NCBI RefSeq assembly: GCF_009914755.1
Contig: NC_060942.1
Reading direction: 5' to 3' (one strand)
Length of the DNA: 64,000 bases
Source: the human T2T-CHM13v2.0 reference genome, Homo sapiens
A model generated the notes under the pieces. That model had not been told where the DNA came from. It was given only the letters and a program-made list of their open reading frames with translations, and did not search any database. Positions 1-12,745 of the stretch are shown piece by piece (position 1 is the stretch's first letter; each line of letters opens with the position of its first letter). The position numbers and the translations under genes are program-made.

Positions 1-1779
1 AAATAATAAACCATTCCTAGAAATATTAGAAGAAACACCATTATTTAATTACCATAAGGCCTTCTGGGACAGAAGTAAAACGTGATTTAGGCAGATGCAC
101 ACGAGCGGGGGTGGGGGTGGATAGGGGCTGAAAAGGCATTGTACAGATGACACATGAAATGCCAGCAGAACAGAAAGCAAATTGTGGACCAGCCCACAGA
201 ATGATAGAAGAAATGCTAAAATAAAATAAAATAATAAAAAAGGAGAATGCATTCTTTTTGATATTTTGTATTGTTGAGGCTGAAACAATAGCCAAATCAG
301 AAAGGGGAAACAATACTTCAGAGATTAAATCAATGTTTTTCAAAGCCAAGAGGAAAAGAAGTCATGGAATAAATTTTTTAATTTTTATTTCTCATAAGAT
401 AGTGTATTCCTTTTAGTGAATCAGATTAGCTAAACCACAGATTTGTTTGTGTAAGGGAGCGGGTCTAGAAGTGTTTTGGACTAGAAACTGACAAAAGGCA
501 TGCAACCAAAATTTATACGGTTATGGGACTTTATTCTATGAGCCTCATGAATCTGAGACTCATATTCAATGAGAAATTGGTTAAGAAAAGCACTAAACAG
601 GAAAATATGTAATATCTTTAGGAATTAAGAATCAAAAGTCACAAGAAATACCAACTTACAGAAACTCATTTGTTTTATCATCTAGATTTGTAATTACTCC
701 TCAGATACGCAGGAGTTAGAGATGCAAACTCAATTGCAAAAGTATAGAGCATATTTGGGAACACTGGGAACATTGTCGGGGACAATTGCTGGGCATTGTG
801 GCAGAGGGAGAGAGACCCTACCCCACCACGTCCTCTGCCCATAAGCAGCGTAGGCCGAAGGCAAGGGGACAGAAATTGTCATCCCATCCGACCACATGCC
901 TGGAAGGAAGGGGCCAGGAGCACACGTGTGGTTCCCTCAAACAGCAGCGGGTCCCACAGCACAGAGATCGGTGGGGCAGCACAGTACTACCAGGCAGTGA
1001 GTTTATTTAACAACTTTTCAAATACTGAAGATGAATTCAGCAATGCGTCCATGCGCCCGGCAGATACTGTCAGTGTGTAGTGCTGCTCTCCAGAGAAAGA
1101 CTGTAGCTGTAATTTTAAAAATATTTTCACATGGTAACATATTCACAGATATTTTTTAGCGGGCTGGAAGATTCCCGGAAAGCAGAAAGTAGCAGAATAA
1201 TAAATAAGAAGGAGTGTGGTATCAGCTCCCATCGATTCATCAATGCAAATGGAAACGTCTCCCTCACCGTCAGTGGGGTAGGGGATGTCTCACGATGGCC
1301 AGGAAGGAAATATAAGGGTTTTCATGCATGTACGTTTCCTCCTAGATGCCAGTCCATTTTCTAAGTATCTAAAAGCTAAGCTGACATTGAATTCTAGTGA
1401 AAACATGCGCTGTAATCTATCAATACAACCAAGTATACAGGCCCGGCAGGGCAGGTAGCCCCCAGCGGCTGGGCCCCCGACCTCTCAGCTTGCGCTGTGC
1501 TTCCTGGCCCTCCTCTGTGTTTCACTGCATCTTGCCTCCGTGGGCTCTGAAGGATTTTCCTCTCACACCCTCCCTCTGTACGGTTCCCTCCTGCGCACCA
1601 GCAGAGCCCTCTCCAAATCCACCCGTGGATCATGGTGTCCTGCCACCGGGCCCCCACTAAGACGGAGCTCTCCCACTGAGTGGCATTTACTTCTATTTTC
1701 AATTAAGCAGTTGACTTTTTTTGTGTCTTAAATTCTAACAAAACATTTTACTCCTTACATATTATGGACCTTAATAAAA

Positions 1780-4100
1780 TTAAAAACAAACTAACAACAA
1801 ACAGCCAGATCAGAGAAATAGAAGAGATAGGCCAGAAACAGAACCACATATTAGTGACTTTGGAGAACATTCGTGACTTTGGAGAATATAAAAATGTTAT
1901 TAAACTTTTATATTTCACAAAAATGACAATGCCAAGCAATGAGCAAAGGATGGACGATTTGATAAATGATTAGCAAGTTGAGAAAAAAGTACAGAAATAG
2001 CTTCTCTTCACAAATACACCAGAATAAATTCTGAATAGATAAAATCGTCAAATACAAAAAAGAAAACCTGCTGGGCACAGTGGCTCACACCTGTAATCCC
2101 AGCTCTTTGGGAGGCCAAGGCGGGTGGATCACCTGAGGTCAGAAGTTCGAGACTAGCCTGACCAACATGGTGAAACCCCATCTCTACTAAATACAAAAAA
2201 CTTAGTTGGGCATGGTGGTGCACGCCTGTAATTCCAGCTACTTGGGAGGCTGAGGCGGGAGAACCGCTTTAACCTGGGAGGCGGAGTTTACAGTGAGCCA
2301 AGATTGCACCATTGCACTCCAGCCTGGGCAAAAAGAGTGAAACTCTGTCTCTAAATAAAAGAAAACCATATTATAAAAAGAGAAGAAAATACTGTAGACA
2401 CAAAAATATCTACATAATCCCTGCTTAGAAAATAAATTTCCCTGCATAAAATTAATGAAAGAAATAACAAATACTATTACACTTTAAATTTGATCACACA
2501 AAATTGTAAAACTTCTCTACAGCCATAGATTCCATACATAAAATCTTAATTTTCCCTTTTCAGGAAAATAACAGGTAGGAAAAAACTGATGAACCATAAT
2601 ATATAGAGAGTTCAAGGATAAAAGATATAGAGAGTTCAAAGGATAGGTTTAAGAAAGAGTTTCCACAGGATAAACATTCAATAACAGAAAATATTGTTGC
2701 ATGAAAGATGACATATAAATATTTAATAATTTTGCCAAATATGCTTAATTGTAGTAAAAAATCAAAATTTGAAAGTTGAAAAGCAAAATTAATGATACAC
2801 TCTTTCTAACCTACCACATAAGTAATTTGACAATAGAAATAAAGTGATATAATTCATATCCTTTGATCCCAACATTTCAGTACTAGAACTGTTTCTTGGG
2901 AAATTAAAAAGATGCTATTAAATGTGTGTTCCCAAGGATATTCATTACAACATCCTTTTTAAAAATCATGAATAATTGGAAGGGTTTTCCAGGCTCAACG
3001 TAGCAGAATAACTAATTACATGTTCAACAAGGCGACAGCAGCCATTAAAAATGATGTGAGTGCATAGTACATAAAGATGTGGGGAAATGCTCACATATAA
3101 TATTAAGGAAACACAAGCAGGATAAAACATTATATGTAAAGTAAGATTTAAGAGAAGAGGACAGGAAGGTGATATAGGAAACAGTTAACAGTATTTATCC
3201 TTGGGTTGAATGATAACAATGATTTCTATTTTTTCTTTGTACTCATTGGTATTTTCCAAACTTCCTGTGATAAAGATGCATTAATTTTAGAATTAGAATG
3301 GATATAATGACTAACTTGAACTTATAACACTTAATGTGAAAGTGGGAGTAGTGAGACTTGAAACCTCGAACTCTTTGTGGGGGCATATGAATTGGTGAAA
3401 CCATTCAAGATAACAATATATTGCTGTAACCTTTAAAATCATATTTCTGCTATCTAAAAAGTATTTCATTTTTTATTATTTTTATTATTTTTAATTATTT
3501 GCCAACAAATAATGAAAATATTATCTATTCCAAAATATATTTCTATACCTAAAAATAATGAAGGAAACCACAAAGAAAAATATTACTAAATTTGATTGCA
3601 CAAAAATATAAAACTTCTTTATATTCCTAAATGTTATAAATAAAATTTTAATGTTGCTTAGGCAAATAGTATGTGGAAAATTATTTTATAGGCATATAAC
3701 ATGTTTTATAAACACATTAACATAATTACACAAGTATTTATATTTTATAAACATATAGTTATGTTGAATATATTAATATGAACAGGCATAACGTATAAAT
3801 GATGGGTATATTTTTACAGTTAAACCTATCCTAACAAAAATTCAAAAGTCACCTAAATGTTCATAAATAGGCATTAGTTATATCACTTTGACCACTGATA
3901 CAGTGAAACATTCTTATATGATGTTAATACAAAGTTGAGAAGAAAAATCTCAATTAAGTAAAAAAAAAAAAAGAAATGGAGGAATAACTCAAGAAGCATA
4001 GGAACCTTTTAAAAGGTTCATATTATGAAAGTTGTTTATTATATATTTTCATATTTTTGTGTATTTCCAGTATCTTCTCAAAATACACTTTTATAACTAA
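1780..4100 (+). mobile_element. Highly degenerate ancient L1 (L1M/L1ME-type) fragments, interrupted by an Alu
   Basis: A-rich strand bias and decayed L1 3'-ORF2-like phrases (e.g. CAAATACACCAGAATAAATTCTGAATAGAT, CATATCCTTTGATCCCAACATTTC, GCAGCCATTAAAAATGATG); boundaries approximate. Confidence 0.55.
2069..2356 (+). mobile_element. AluS (Sp/Sq-like) SINE, full length
   Basis: Both Alu arms, CACCTGAGGTC and CTGACCAACATGG diagnostics; TSD AAAAGAAAACC at 2058-2068 and 2357-2367. Confidence 0.95.
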
Positions 4101-4964
4101 GTACTTATACTTTATTTTTTAAAGTCAAAAAAATTAGTTGATATTGAAAAAGATTTTTTACATAATTTTAACATTGAAACTTATCTAACACAACTGGAGA
4201 CCCCAAATATCAGCACCCTTTTTGACCATTCACGTCTACTTTTGCAAGAGAAATTTTTTAAACACATTTTTGGTGTCATTATTCCTTAATAGGTATAATA
4301 CTAATATGCCAATTCAGAGGTAAGTAGTTAAAAACTAATCAACATAAGTTGTTTCACTACGTATTTTGTCACAAGAGGGAAAATTTGACTTGACAAGCTT
4401 ACGAATTTTCCTGGAATGAGGGAGTGGTTTTGGGTGGCTCACCTATGCCAATATGCTAGTTTGTTGTGGGTAGTTCCTTTAAGAAGTCATTTGAATGAAA
4501 TAACTGCTTATGATACCAACTCATTAAATCACGCTCCTGAATATAAATAAACCAGCAGGAAGGAAGTAAAAGTAACACTTTTCAGTCCAACTGAAGAAAG
4601 ATTTGGAGAGATAAGTGATGCAGACAAAATTCTTTGAGGAGAAAGCCTGTAAGCTTGTGATTGAATGGACAGACAGTTGACACCCACAGGCTCCCAAAAT
4701 CCAGCTACTGCTGAAATTATCCATATGTTCTTTAAGATCTCAGTGATGGAGAAAGAAAACACAGCCCCAGTGATTTTCTTACTCAACTAAAATATTGACG
4801 ACATCTTTTTTCAGGTCATGGTTCTGGCATCGGGGACAAAATTATTACATATTCATGAAGGTTAGTGAGGAGATTGAGTCATTTGAAAGTATATCACCTA
4901 AATCCTTAAAGACGGATAGTTTCATTTGTGTTTAATTATGAGATATAGTGGGGGTGGGGGGTAG

Positions 4965-5075
4965 AGACAATCCTGGAGTCTGATGACCCAATTTGTAGTC
5001 CCAACTCTGTGATCAACCAAAAGACTGAACAAGTCACCAAGTCTCTTTCCTTTCCTCATCTGTAAAATGGGTAAA
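4965..5075 (+). mobile_element. MIR SINE fragment
   Basis: MIR core TTTCCTCATCTGTAAAATGGG preceded by CTGGAGTC...GTAGTCCCAACTCTG. Confidence 0.65.
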
Positions 5076-5909
5076 GCAATAAACATCTCAAAATGTAGAC
5101 TTTGAAACTTAAACTCAGTAATCTAAAACGGCCCTTAGTAAGCTGTTTAACAAAAGAAAACCATATTGTACGAATTCTTTAACACCGAGCTTGTTACCTA
5201 CCAGGCGTCTCATGCACTGGGTATGCAAAATGATAAAGCAGCTTCAAAATACCAGCCATGCCTCAATTTATTTCAGAATAGAGTCAGAAGACCAGTTGCA
5301 TCATCTGGAGCTGTACGATATCAATGAGTTTTTTCTGCTCCATCTTGCCGTCTATAAAGACAGCTGCCACCTGCAGGATCAGGCCCTGACCTTCTGCTCT
5401 GTGAAGGGCCAGTTGATATTGGAAGGAACTGTATAATGCACACTTCCTAATGATGCTGCAGCCATCTCAGTCCTGACCCAGAGAATCCAATCTGAAATTA
5501 GTAGGCATCTAATTGCTTTTTAATTTAAAGCAATTAGAAAGAAGGGCATCACCAAACACCATTTGTGAAGAAAGTATCACAACGAGAATGACTAAAGAAG
5601 CATAGGTTCGGCATCTGTGAGTTGCAAATGTATGTCTGAGCATAACTAGAACTAAAATGTCTGCAAATCAGTGAGTTGAACAGGAAAGTTATTATGTTTG
5701 CCTGCAGTAGTGTGTGACCATAATTATAATTGTTTCATTTTAAAAAATGAGTCCTTTGAGTTTTCTTTTTAGTGACTTCTTACTTCATTGCGACCCTTAC
5801 AGTTGCACTGAAACTTGGAATACAAAAGCCATCCACTAGGTCTTGAAACCAAGAGAAGGGGCAATGTGGCGGATTTGCAATTTAAAATAAAAAGAAATTA
5901 TGCATTATT

Positions 5910-6052
5910 TCCTCCTCCCTCCCTCACTCTCTCCCTTCATCCCTCTCTCCTTCCTTCCCTCCTTCCTCCCCCAACTTCCATTTTTCTTCCTTCCTTTTCT
6001 TTCTTTCTTTTCTTTCTTTCTTTTCTTTCTTTCTTTCTTTCTTTCTCTCTTC
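5910..6052 (+). repeat. Polypyrimidine low-complexity tract with (CCTT)n/(TTTC)n microsatellite
   Basis: Directly visible CT-only tract. Confidence 0.9.
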
Positions 6053-6876
6053 TTGCATTCAATAAATATTTATCCACTCCTTACACGCCATGCTTATGGG
6101 AATATAGAAATGAAACAGAACTATCATATTTCTAAATATAACACAAAACCATAAGAAAAGAGAAGCACCAAATTTATTACGTGTTTTTCAGAAGCTTTCA
6201 GAAATCCTTTCTATGATATATATCAAGGAAAATATACAAGAGTGCAGGGAATAGTGGAATCTGGGGCTTTTCCTAAACTGGCAAAGAAAGTGACTTAATT
6301 CAGGGTCAGTACATATTTAAATCCCACAATTTGAAAAACATCTGTTCCCTAGATAATAGGAAATAAAATCAAGAAATTGGTTCAGCGGTTGGTGTATGGG
6401 ATATGGGAGTAGATATGCTGAAAAGAACATAATATCCCATACTATCTATAACTTTTAGGGCACTGACTGTTTAAATTTGCACGCACATTGTAGAATTGGA
6501 GTTTGAATTGGGTTCCATTTTTCATAAGTGAAAAGCTGTCTAGCAGGGCATCCCAAACACTGTGCCAGACGCTCTGAAGGCTACAAGGATGAGTAGTGAT
6601 ATGAAGGTGGAGACCACGTCCTAGAGGCTTATAGTCAAGAGACAGAGAGAAAAAGAGACAGAGGGGGAGAGAGAGAGAGAGATCATGCTAAATAAGGATA
6701 GATGGACAAGAAATATGGAGCAGAATGAGCAAAGGGGGAGCCTCAGAAGACAGAAATATTAATCCTGACAAATGATCAAAATCACTTAATAGCAAAGGTG
6801 GCCTCTAGGATGAATGTGGGAAGTTAAATTGGGATTTTAAAAGAGTTGGAAAGAAAAACAAGAAAACTCTGGTTTT

Positions 6877-7068
6877 AAGAAACAGCATAAGTCAAGACAA
6901 GAGGTGCTGGGCCTCCAAGATCTGCTCAGATATATGTGGCTGGAGTGCCAGACCGTTGGAGAGATAGGAGAGTCCCATTTGGAAGCAGAGATTTATTAGG
7001 GTTAGGACAGCTGAGTGCAGGTAGAGAGTAACTTAGATGAGGAATAAAGGCCAAAACTTTTGCCAGCT
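6877..7068 (+). repeat. Left copy of ~190-bp direct duplication flanking an L1 fragment
   Basis: Aligns to 7336-7524; I count 14 mismatches over the first 174 nt. Confidence 0.93.
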
Positions 7069-7069
7069 T

Positions 7070-7335
7070 TTCATAAGTGGGAGTTGAACAATGAGAACAC
7101 ATGGACACTTGGACAGACGGAGGGGAACATCACACACCTGGGCCTGCAGGGTGGTTGGGGGCTAGGGGAGGGAGAGCATTAGGACAAATACCCAATGCAT
7201 GTGGGGCTTAAAACCTAGATAACGGGTTGATGGGTGCAGCAAACCACCATGGCACATGTATACCTATGTAACAAACCTGCACGTTCTGCACATGTATTCC
7301 AGAACTTAAAGTAAAAAAAAAAAAAAAAAATTAAA
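7070..7335 (+). mobile_element. 5'-truncated L1PA (about PA8-PA10) 3' end with poly(A)
   Basis: CATAAGTGGGAGTTGAACAATGAGAACACATGGACAC...GGGGCTTAAAACCTAGAT...CCAGAACTTAAAGT followed by poly(A). Confidence 0.93.
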
Positions 7336-7524
7336 AAGAAAGAGCATAAGTCAAGACAAGAGGTGCTGGGCCTCCAGGATCTGCTCAGATATGTGTGGCT
7401 GGAGCACCAGACAGTTCGAGGGATAGGAGAGTCCCATTTGGAAGTAGAGATTTATTAGGGTTAGGACAGCTGAGTACAGGTACAGAGTAATTTAGATGAG
7501 GAGCAAAGGTTAATTTTGCTGGCT
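7336..7524 (+). repeat. Right copy of ~190-bp direct duplication
   Basis: Begins directly after the L1 poly(A): AAGAAAGAGCATAAGTCAAGACAAGAGGTGCTGGG... Confidence 0.93.
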
Positions 7525-8306
7525 GCGATCAGCCCTCTCTGTGGATGGCTGAGCATGGTTGTCCTCTGGTCTAGCCAGCTGCAAATGCCAGTGCACTAAG
7601 GAATCCTTAGTGCTACCTGGGATGAACCATGCTTTTGCTTCATGTGCACAACATCCTGAGACTGTTCCTGAAAGGCCATGGTCACTGGGAGTGATATGGA
7701 AACTCACATTGTGAAGGGTTTGACTTTACCATGGGTCCAGTCACTTGAGATAATAAGTATCTCATCAAAACATGTCAGCTCCTTAACATGTGCTATCCAT
7801 TCCTCACACTGCTGGTATCACACGATTTCATGATATTTCTAGAATTGCAGCTCTGGGCAGCTGGTCACTGAGGACCGCAGCACTGCCAAAGCCATTGTTG
7901 CTTTTAATTAATCCAGGCTCCTCTCTACAGGATGGCAAAACTGTGCCCCTAGACAGCCAGTCTCCATCAGCATGGGCATCCCTCAGTCACAACAATGTGC
8001 TGCTGCATTGCCCCATCTTCTGGAAACGTTCACAATCCACATTGAAACAATGAAGAAATTACAATTGTTTCCATTCACCCACAGTTTAATGAGGATCGGG
8101 TGATAATGGTGGCAGTTGCGTGAAAATCTGAAACTTTTCCGTTACGGGAAAAGCTCCTACACATGAGTAATTACATCCCCACGCAGAGGCTTGCCCAAAA
8201 AGGAAATAATATATGTGTTTTGTTTTGTTTCTCCTTCTGCATCATAGAGGACTAAGGGAAGAAAGGGAGAAATAACATGCTGGCTAGGTATGAAAAAATA
8301 ACGGAT

Positions 8307-8349
8307 TGTGGTGGTAATAGGTGATTACGTCATGCATCACCATAGCAAC
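8307..8349. promoter_or_regulatory. Candidate enhancer core: RUNX, CRE-like and RFX X-box-like motifs
   Basis: TGTGGT 8307-8312, TTACGTCA 8325-8332, CACCATAGCAAC 8338-8349 in apparently unique sequence; motif match only. Confidence 0.3.
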
Positions 8350-9024
8350 TAAACATAAAATAACAATTATGTTAGCAGAAGTTATTTGAAATAGCTTTCC
8401 TGATAGTTGATATACAACCCCAGTAAAAAGATGAGACAGATAAATAGAAAGATTTGTTCTTTCAATTGAGGTTTGATTCACTATTTCTCTGTTCTTGATT
8501 TTTCCCCATTATACTCTGAACTTCTTTAGAGGAAAGAAATATCCCTTTGTCTCTTTGACGGAATAAAAGCAATGCTTAAACCCTTCTCTCTACCTTTTTC
8601 TGTTTTGGAAGAGCTCTACCATTATTTACTTTACTCAAAAGGAAGCTGAGCACACAATTCAGCAGGTACAACATATGTAACAATAAGAAAAATACCATAG
8701 GGAAGTATTTCCCTGGAACAAAAAATAAAAGAAAAATAAAGAGTCAATAAAACCAGCTACAAAGTTCACTTTCACTTTGAAGACACAAAATGGAGGAGGC
8801 TTGAATCTTATTCCTTGTGTAAGTTACGTTGCATTTGTATTTAAAACCACACTATGGAAGAAATATAATCAGCTACATTTATCTTCTAGAATTGGAATAT
8901 TTTTATTCAAATCTACCTTGCAAGTATCTTGCTACAAAGTCCTTTTAATTTTTAAAAAGGCATTCGGTGGCTTATAGCATTAAAGTATTCCTAATAATTC
9001 TGTGGCCCAGTAGGTAGGCTAGCT

Positions 9025-9080
9025 CTTTTCTTTCTTCCTTTCTTTCTTTCTTTCTTTCTCTTTCTTTCTTCTTTCTTTTC
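9025..9080 (+). repeat. (TTTC)n microsatellite
   Basis: Directly visible. Confidence 0.88.
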
Positions 9081-11984
9081 AAGAAATGTGGAAAACATTA
9101 GTGAAAATTGTGTTGGTCTGTACAATTTTATTCTGTTAAAGACAGGTTTTATGATACATTTAGCCTTTTAAATGACACTAATAGTCTCTGGAGACACACG
9201 ATTTTTCCTCTAGTGCAACAATTAAGTCCATTTCAATGCTATTTAGAGAAGTTGAAACAATTCAGTTACTGTATGTCTGCTCCTAGGTATGTACTGTAAG
9301 CCCCAAAGAGAGCACCGAAAGTTACCTAAATAATAAAGTTTTAGCCAGCTTTAGACATGTACCAAACTATTTGCTTTTTCCATATTTCACTCCCTTCATT
9401 TTGTCTCATTTCTTACAGAAGGGGAGTAATAAGACCTTCTGAAGTGTGTGCTGGTCAGAGGAGTGACTCAGTAATGAGGATTATTAATCACAATTGGGTT
9501 CTTTTCTCCTCCCTCCCCAGAGCTGGAAATGTGTTTCCCACTAGAACCAAGTAAGGCTTATTTGATTTATTTATTTTATTTTTTTAATCAAGTAAGTTAG
9601 AATAAATATGTGTGTATAATTAGACATGCTTTTCAGGTGAAAGCATATTTTGGTAGTTGGAAGCCTCTGCAGAATATGTGTTTGTATGTTGCTCAATTAT
9701 GAAGCTCAATTATAATCAAATTATTACCAACTGAGAAATAAGGAAGTCAGAGGAAGTAATTTAGTGAATTCCAGATCTACACATTTGGCTCAGCTCATGC
9801 TTTTAAGTAAAAGTTTAACCATTGGGAGAAAAGTTGAAGTCTAGGAATGTCTCCACTTCAGCAAAAGGTCCCCAGGTAATATCATTCACTCCTTTCAGAC
9901 ATCTGATCTGTTGAGATTGCCTTATTAGAAACATTGCTGGAAAAAGTGTGTGAGTTTTTTCTTTTAATGGGCACATGTTCTTTTGTTGTTCTGTGGGAAA
10001 AGAAATAGAGATACTTAATGAACCTGGAAACAATGATTGCGAGATTTTGCATTCTTGGAGGAATTGTTATCATTCATTTCCATCCTCTTGATATCTGATC
10101 TCTAAATCCGGAAGAGACTTCAAAAAGCTGCAAAAGAAAACAACCACCAACACAACCAAATCAATCAAACACAGGACATTCTATATAAGCCTGGTTTTAA
10201 TCACAAATCAAATTGAGATCACGATAAACATATTTTTCTTACAGATACCACTTTTTCCCACAATATCCTCTAAAATTCATTAATATGATAATACTCAGAA
10301 AATAGTAGAGTATCTTGGTCACTGGTTCTTGCGAGGTCCAGAGCGGAACAGAAATACGAATTATCTTCATCGTTTATCCCCAGACAGCAAAAGGGCTGGA
10401 ATGGAGTAGATATCCCTCCAGCCCATGGCAATCCTCATTCTTCTGAGGTCATGGTTCTTACATCAACTCCTCTTTCAGCGATTGTGGATGAAGTAGGGCT
10501 TGGTGTTCTGTGAGTCTCCTCCCATATGGTTTTGTGACTCTACTGTGATTTTTATCCTGAATATGTTTATGTTCTATCTCTTGAAAAAGAGTATAGTATC
10601 CTTAGCGGTAAAGCTATAGTTGGCCTTCATTGATGACCACTGAACCTACCATGGTGTGTAAAAATTGTGTGCGTGACACAGGTCCTCCAAGGAATTGTGT
10701 ATTAATTCTCACATTACAGTTGATGTAGACTTTTGCACACATATTAATAAAAAAAGAAGAGAACTAAAGAACTAGAGAAACTGGGTGAGCAAATATCTCA
10801 CTGTGGAGGCAGGAACAAAAATTATTTTTGCAAATCAGAAGATAAATAGAATATATTTTTCATAGTAGTGAATGAGGGTTTTCTTCAATACTCAAATTAA
10901 ACAAATTTGAAGATCCAGTGTGTATCTTTGTGATAAAAATTAAGAAAATTATAGAGTGAGTGTTAAATAAACAGTGATTTCTCCAGCAAGTTTTCTGGTT
11001 CAAAACTGTGTAATAGAAGACTCTATTGTTTTAAACAAGATAACTGTAAAGACAAAAGAAAGTGTCTTCAAAGAACTTTAAAGTAGTCAGAGAAGGTATT
11101 AGATTTTTAAGCACAATGCATTTTAAAGTAATTAATTTTTGTAAAATGCTTTCAAATTGTCCATGGAAATGCAATTTTTATGGTAAATGTAAAGTAGTAG
11201 GTTTGAAACTCATAATAGAATTTCGATACTGAAAGGCTAAATGTACACTTTCTCTTTCTTTCTCTTTATAATTGGACAAAGAGAAAGTTAGTTTGGTACC
11301 TAGACTAATGTATTATAAGAGCAGATAGAGATCAATACAATTTTCAAACTAAATAAGCTCTCACTGCTGTTTTTATTTCTCTCACCATTTAGGAAACAAA
11401 ATGACTTCAATGCTTCTGTTCACATTTTTAATATGGCAAAGAGTCTCTAAACCCAACAGTGTTGTTAATATAATGATCATGGTGACCTGAATTTCTCCTG
11501 CATATTAGCATGTTAAAATATCATTTTGTATTTAGGTAATTTTACATCATTACCAAATGTCTCATCCCAAATATCTTAAAATTGACATTATTATCAAATT
11601 CACAAAATATTTGAATACATGTGATAAGCCAAGGACCATGTAAAATTCTGAAAATGAAAAATAAAGCACAGTATCTACAATCAAGGGGCCACAGGATTTG
11701 GCCAACACTAAGTTCAGTTTATCTGCTATTTCTAATAAAGGAAATATGGCCCAGTTGGAAAAACTTCATCATTCCCGAAATAAAAAGTTTTTATTGTTCA
11801 TAATTGTATTTTATTATTTAGCTCAAATTTTAAGTTTAACCAAAAAGGATTAAGACAAGTTAAAAATTCAGAGGAATGTAATTAGAAAAAAGTCCTTCAA
11901 ACAACAGGGATACATGTGTCATATCAAGAATAATCTACCTTTTTTTCCCACTTCCTACAATTTGAAGATAATATTTTCTCCTCC

Positions 11985-12210
11985 TAGTGAGGAGAGCATC
12001 GACATTGGAATAAACATGTCAGGGTTCAAATCCGACCACGCTCCTTAGCAGCTCGGTGACCTGAGGTCCATGCCTCCCTGTCTGACATGCCATTTTCTTT
12101 ATGCCAAAAGTGGAGCCTCAAGCCTTCCTGGCAGGTTCTCTGGATACCAAAGAATGCAGAGCTTATAACTTGCTGGGCACTTACAAGGGAGTCACTTAGT
12201 GGTCATTAAA
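11985..12210 (+). mobile_element. MIR SINE (degenerate)
   Basis: GGGTTCAAATCC B-box-like motif, TTAGCAGCTCGGTGACCTGAGG. Confidence 0.6.
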
Positions 12211-12529
12211 GATAACTGGATCGGTGTGATTCAGCTTATCTTTACAATGATGAAAATGTGATAGTTATTAACAAAGCAGCTGAGCATCTGTGGATATTTT
12301 ACAATGAAAATAGTTGGAGGGTAGACCTGAAGCCTGCACTTCAGGAACAAGCTGCTTAAAGGTGACGTCATCTTTAAGCATTTCTTTTCAAATTTAAACA
12401 ATTATAACAAGTTTTTGGGTTTCTGTTTTGTGTTTATTTAAATAAACAGTACCAGTTTGTTTTGAGGTATATCATGAAAGAAACGTGTTTGTTGTAATTA
12501 AACACACAGACTCCCTAGGTGCAGTTCAA

Positions 12530-12745
12530 GAATTCAGAATCTAATATTTTAGATTCAAATCCCAACTCCCTTGCTTCCTAGCTATGTTTCTTTGGATAAA
12601 TAACTTAATTTCTGAGTCTCAGCATACTCACATAAAAATGGGGTGTCAACTGGGTTATTATCATGATTTAATAAGATAAAGCATGCAAAGTGCTTAGCAC
12701 AGAGCTTGGCACAGATAAGTGGCCCATAACTGGCAGCTGTTGTAA
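12530..12745 (+). mobile_element. MIR/MIRb SINE
   Basis: TTCAAATCCCAACTCC...TAAAAATGGGG...AAAGTGCTTAGCACAGAGCTTGGCACAGATAAGTG. Confidence 0.85.

Noticed and set aside
2551-2580. Apparent 11-nt microexon (TTTCCCTTTTCAG|GAAAATAACAG|GTAGGA)
   Set aside because: Within decayed L1, not frame-preserving and with no host gene evident; likely chance.
2601-2645. Short tandem duplications (also about 28840-28880, 42113-42140, 57238-57274)
   Set aside because: 13-25-bp slippage duplications are common and show nothing further.
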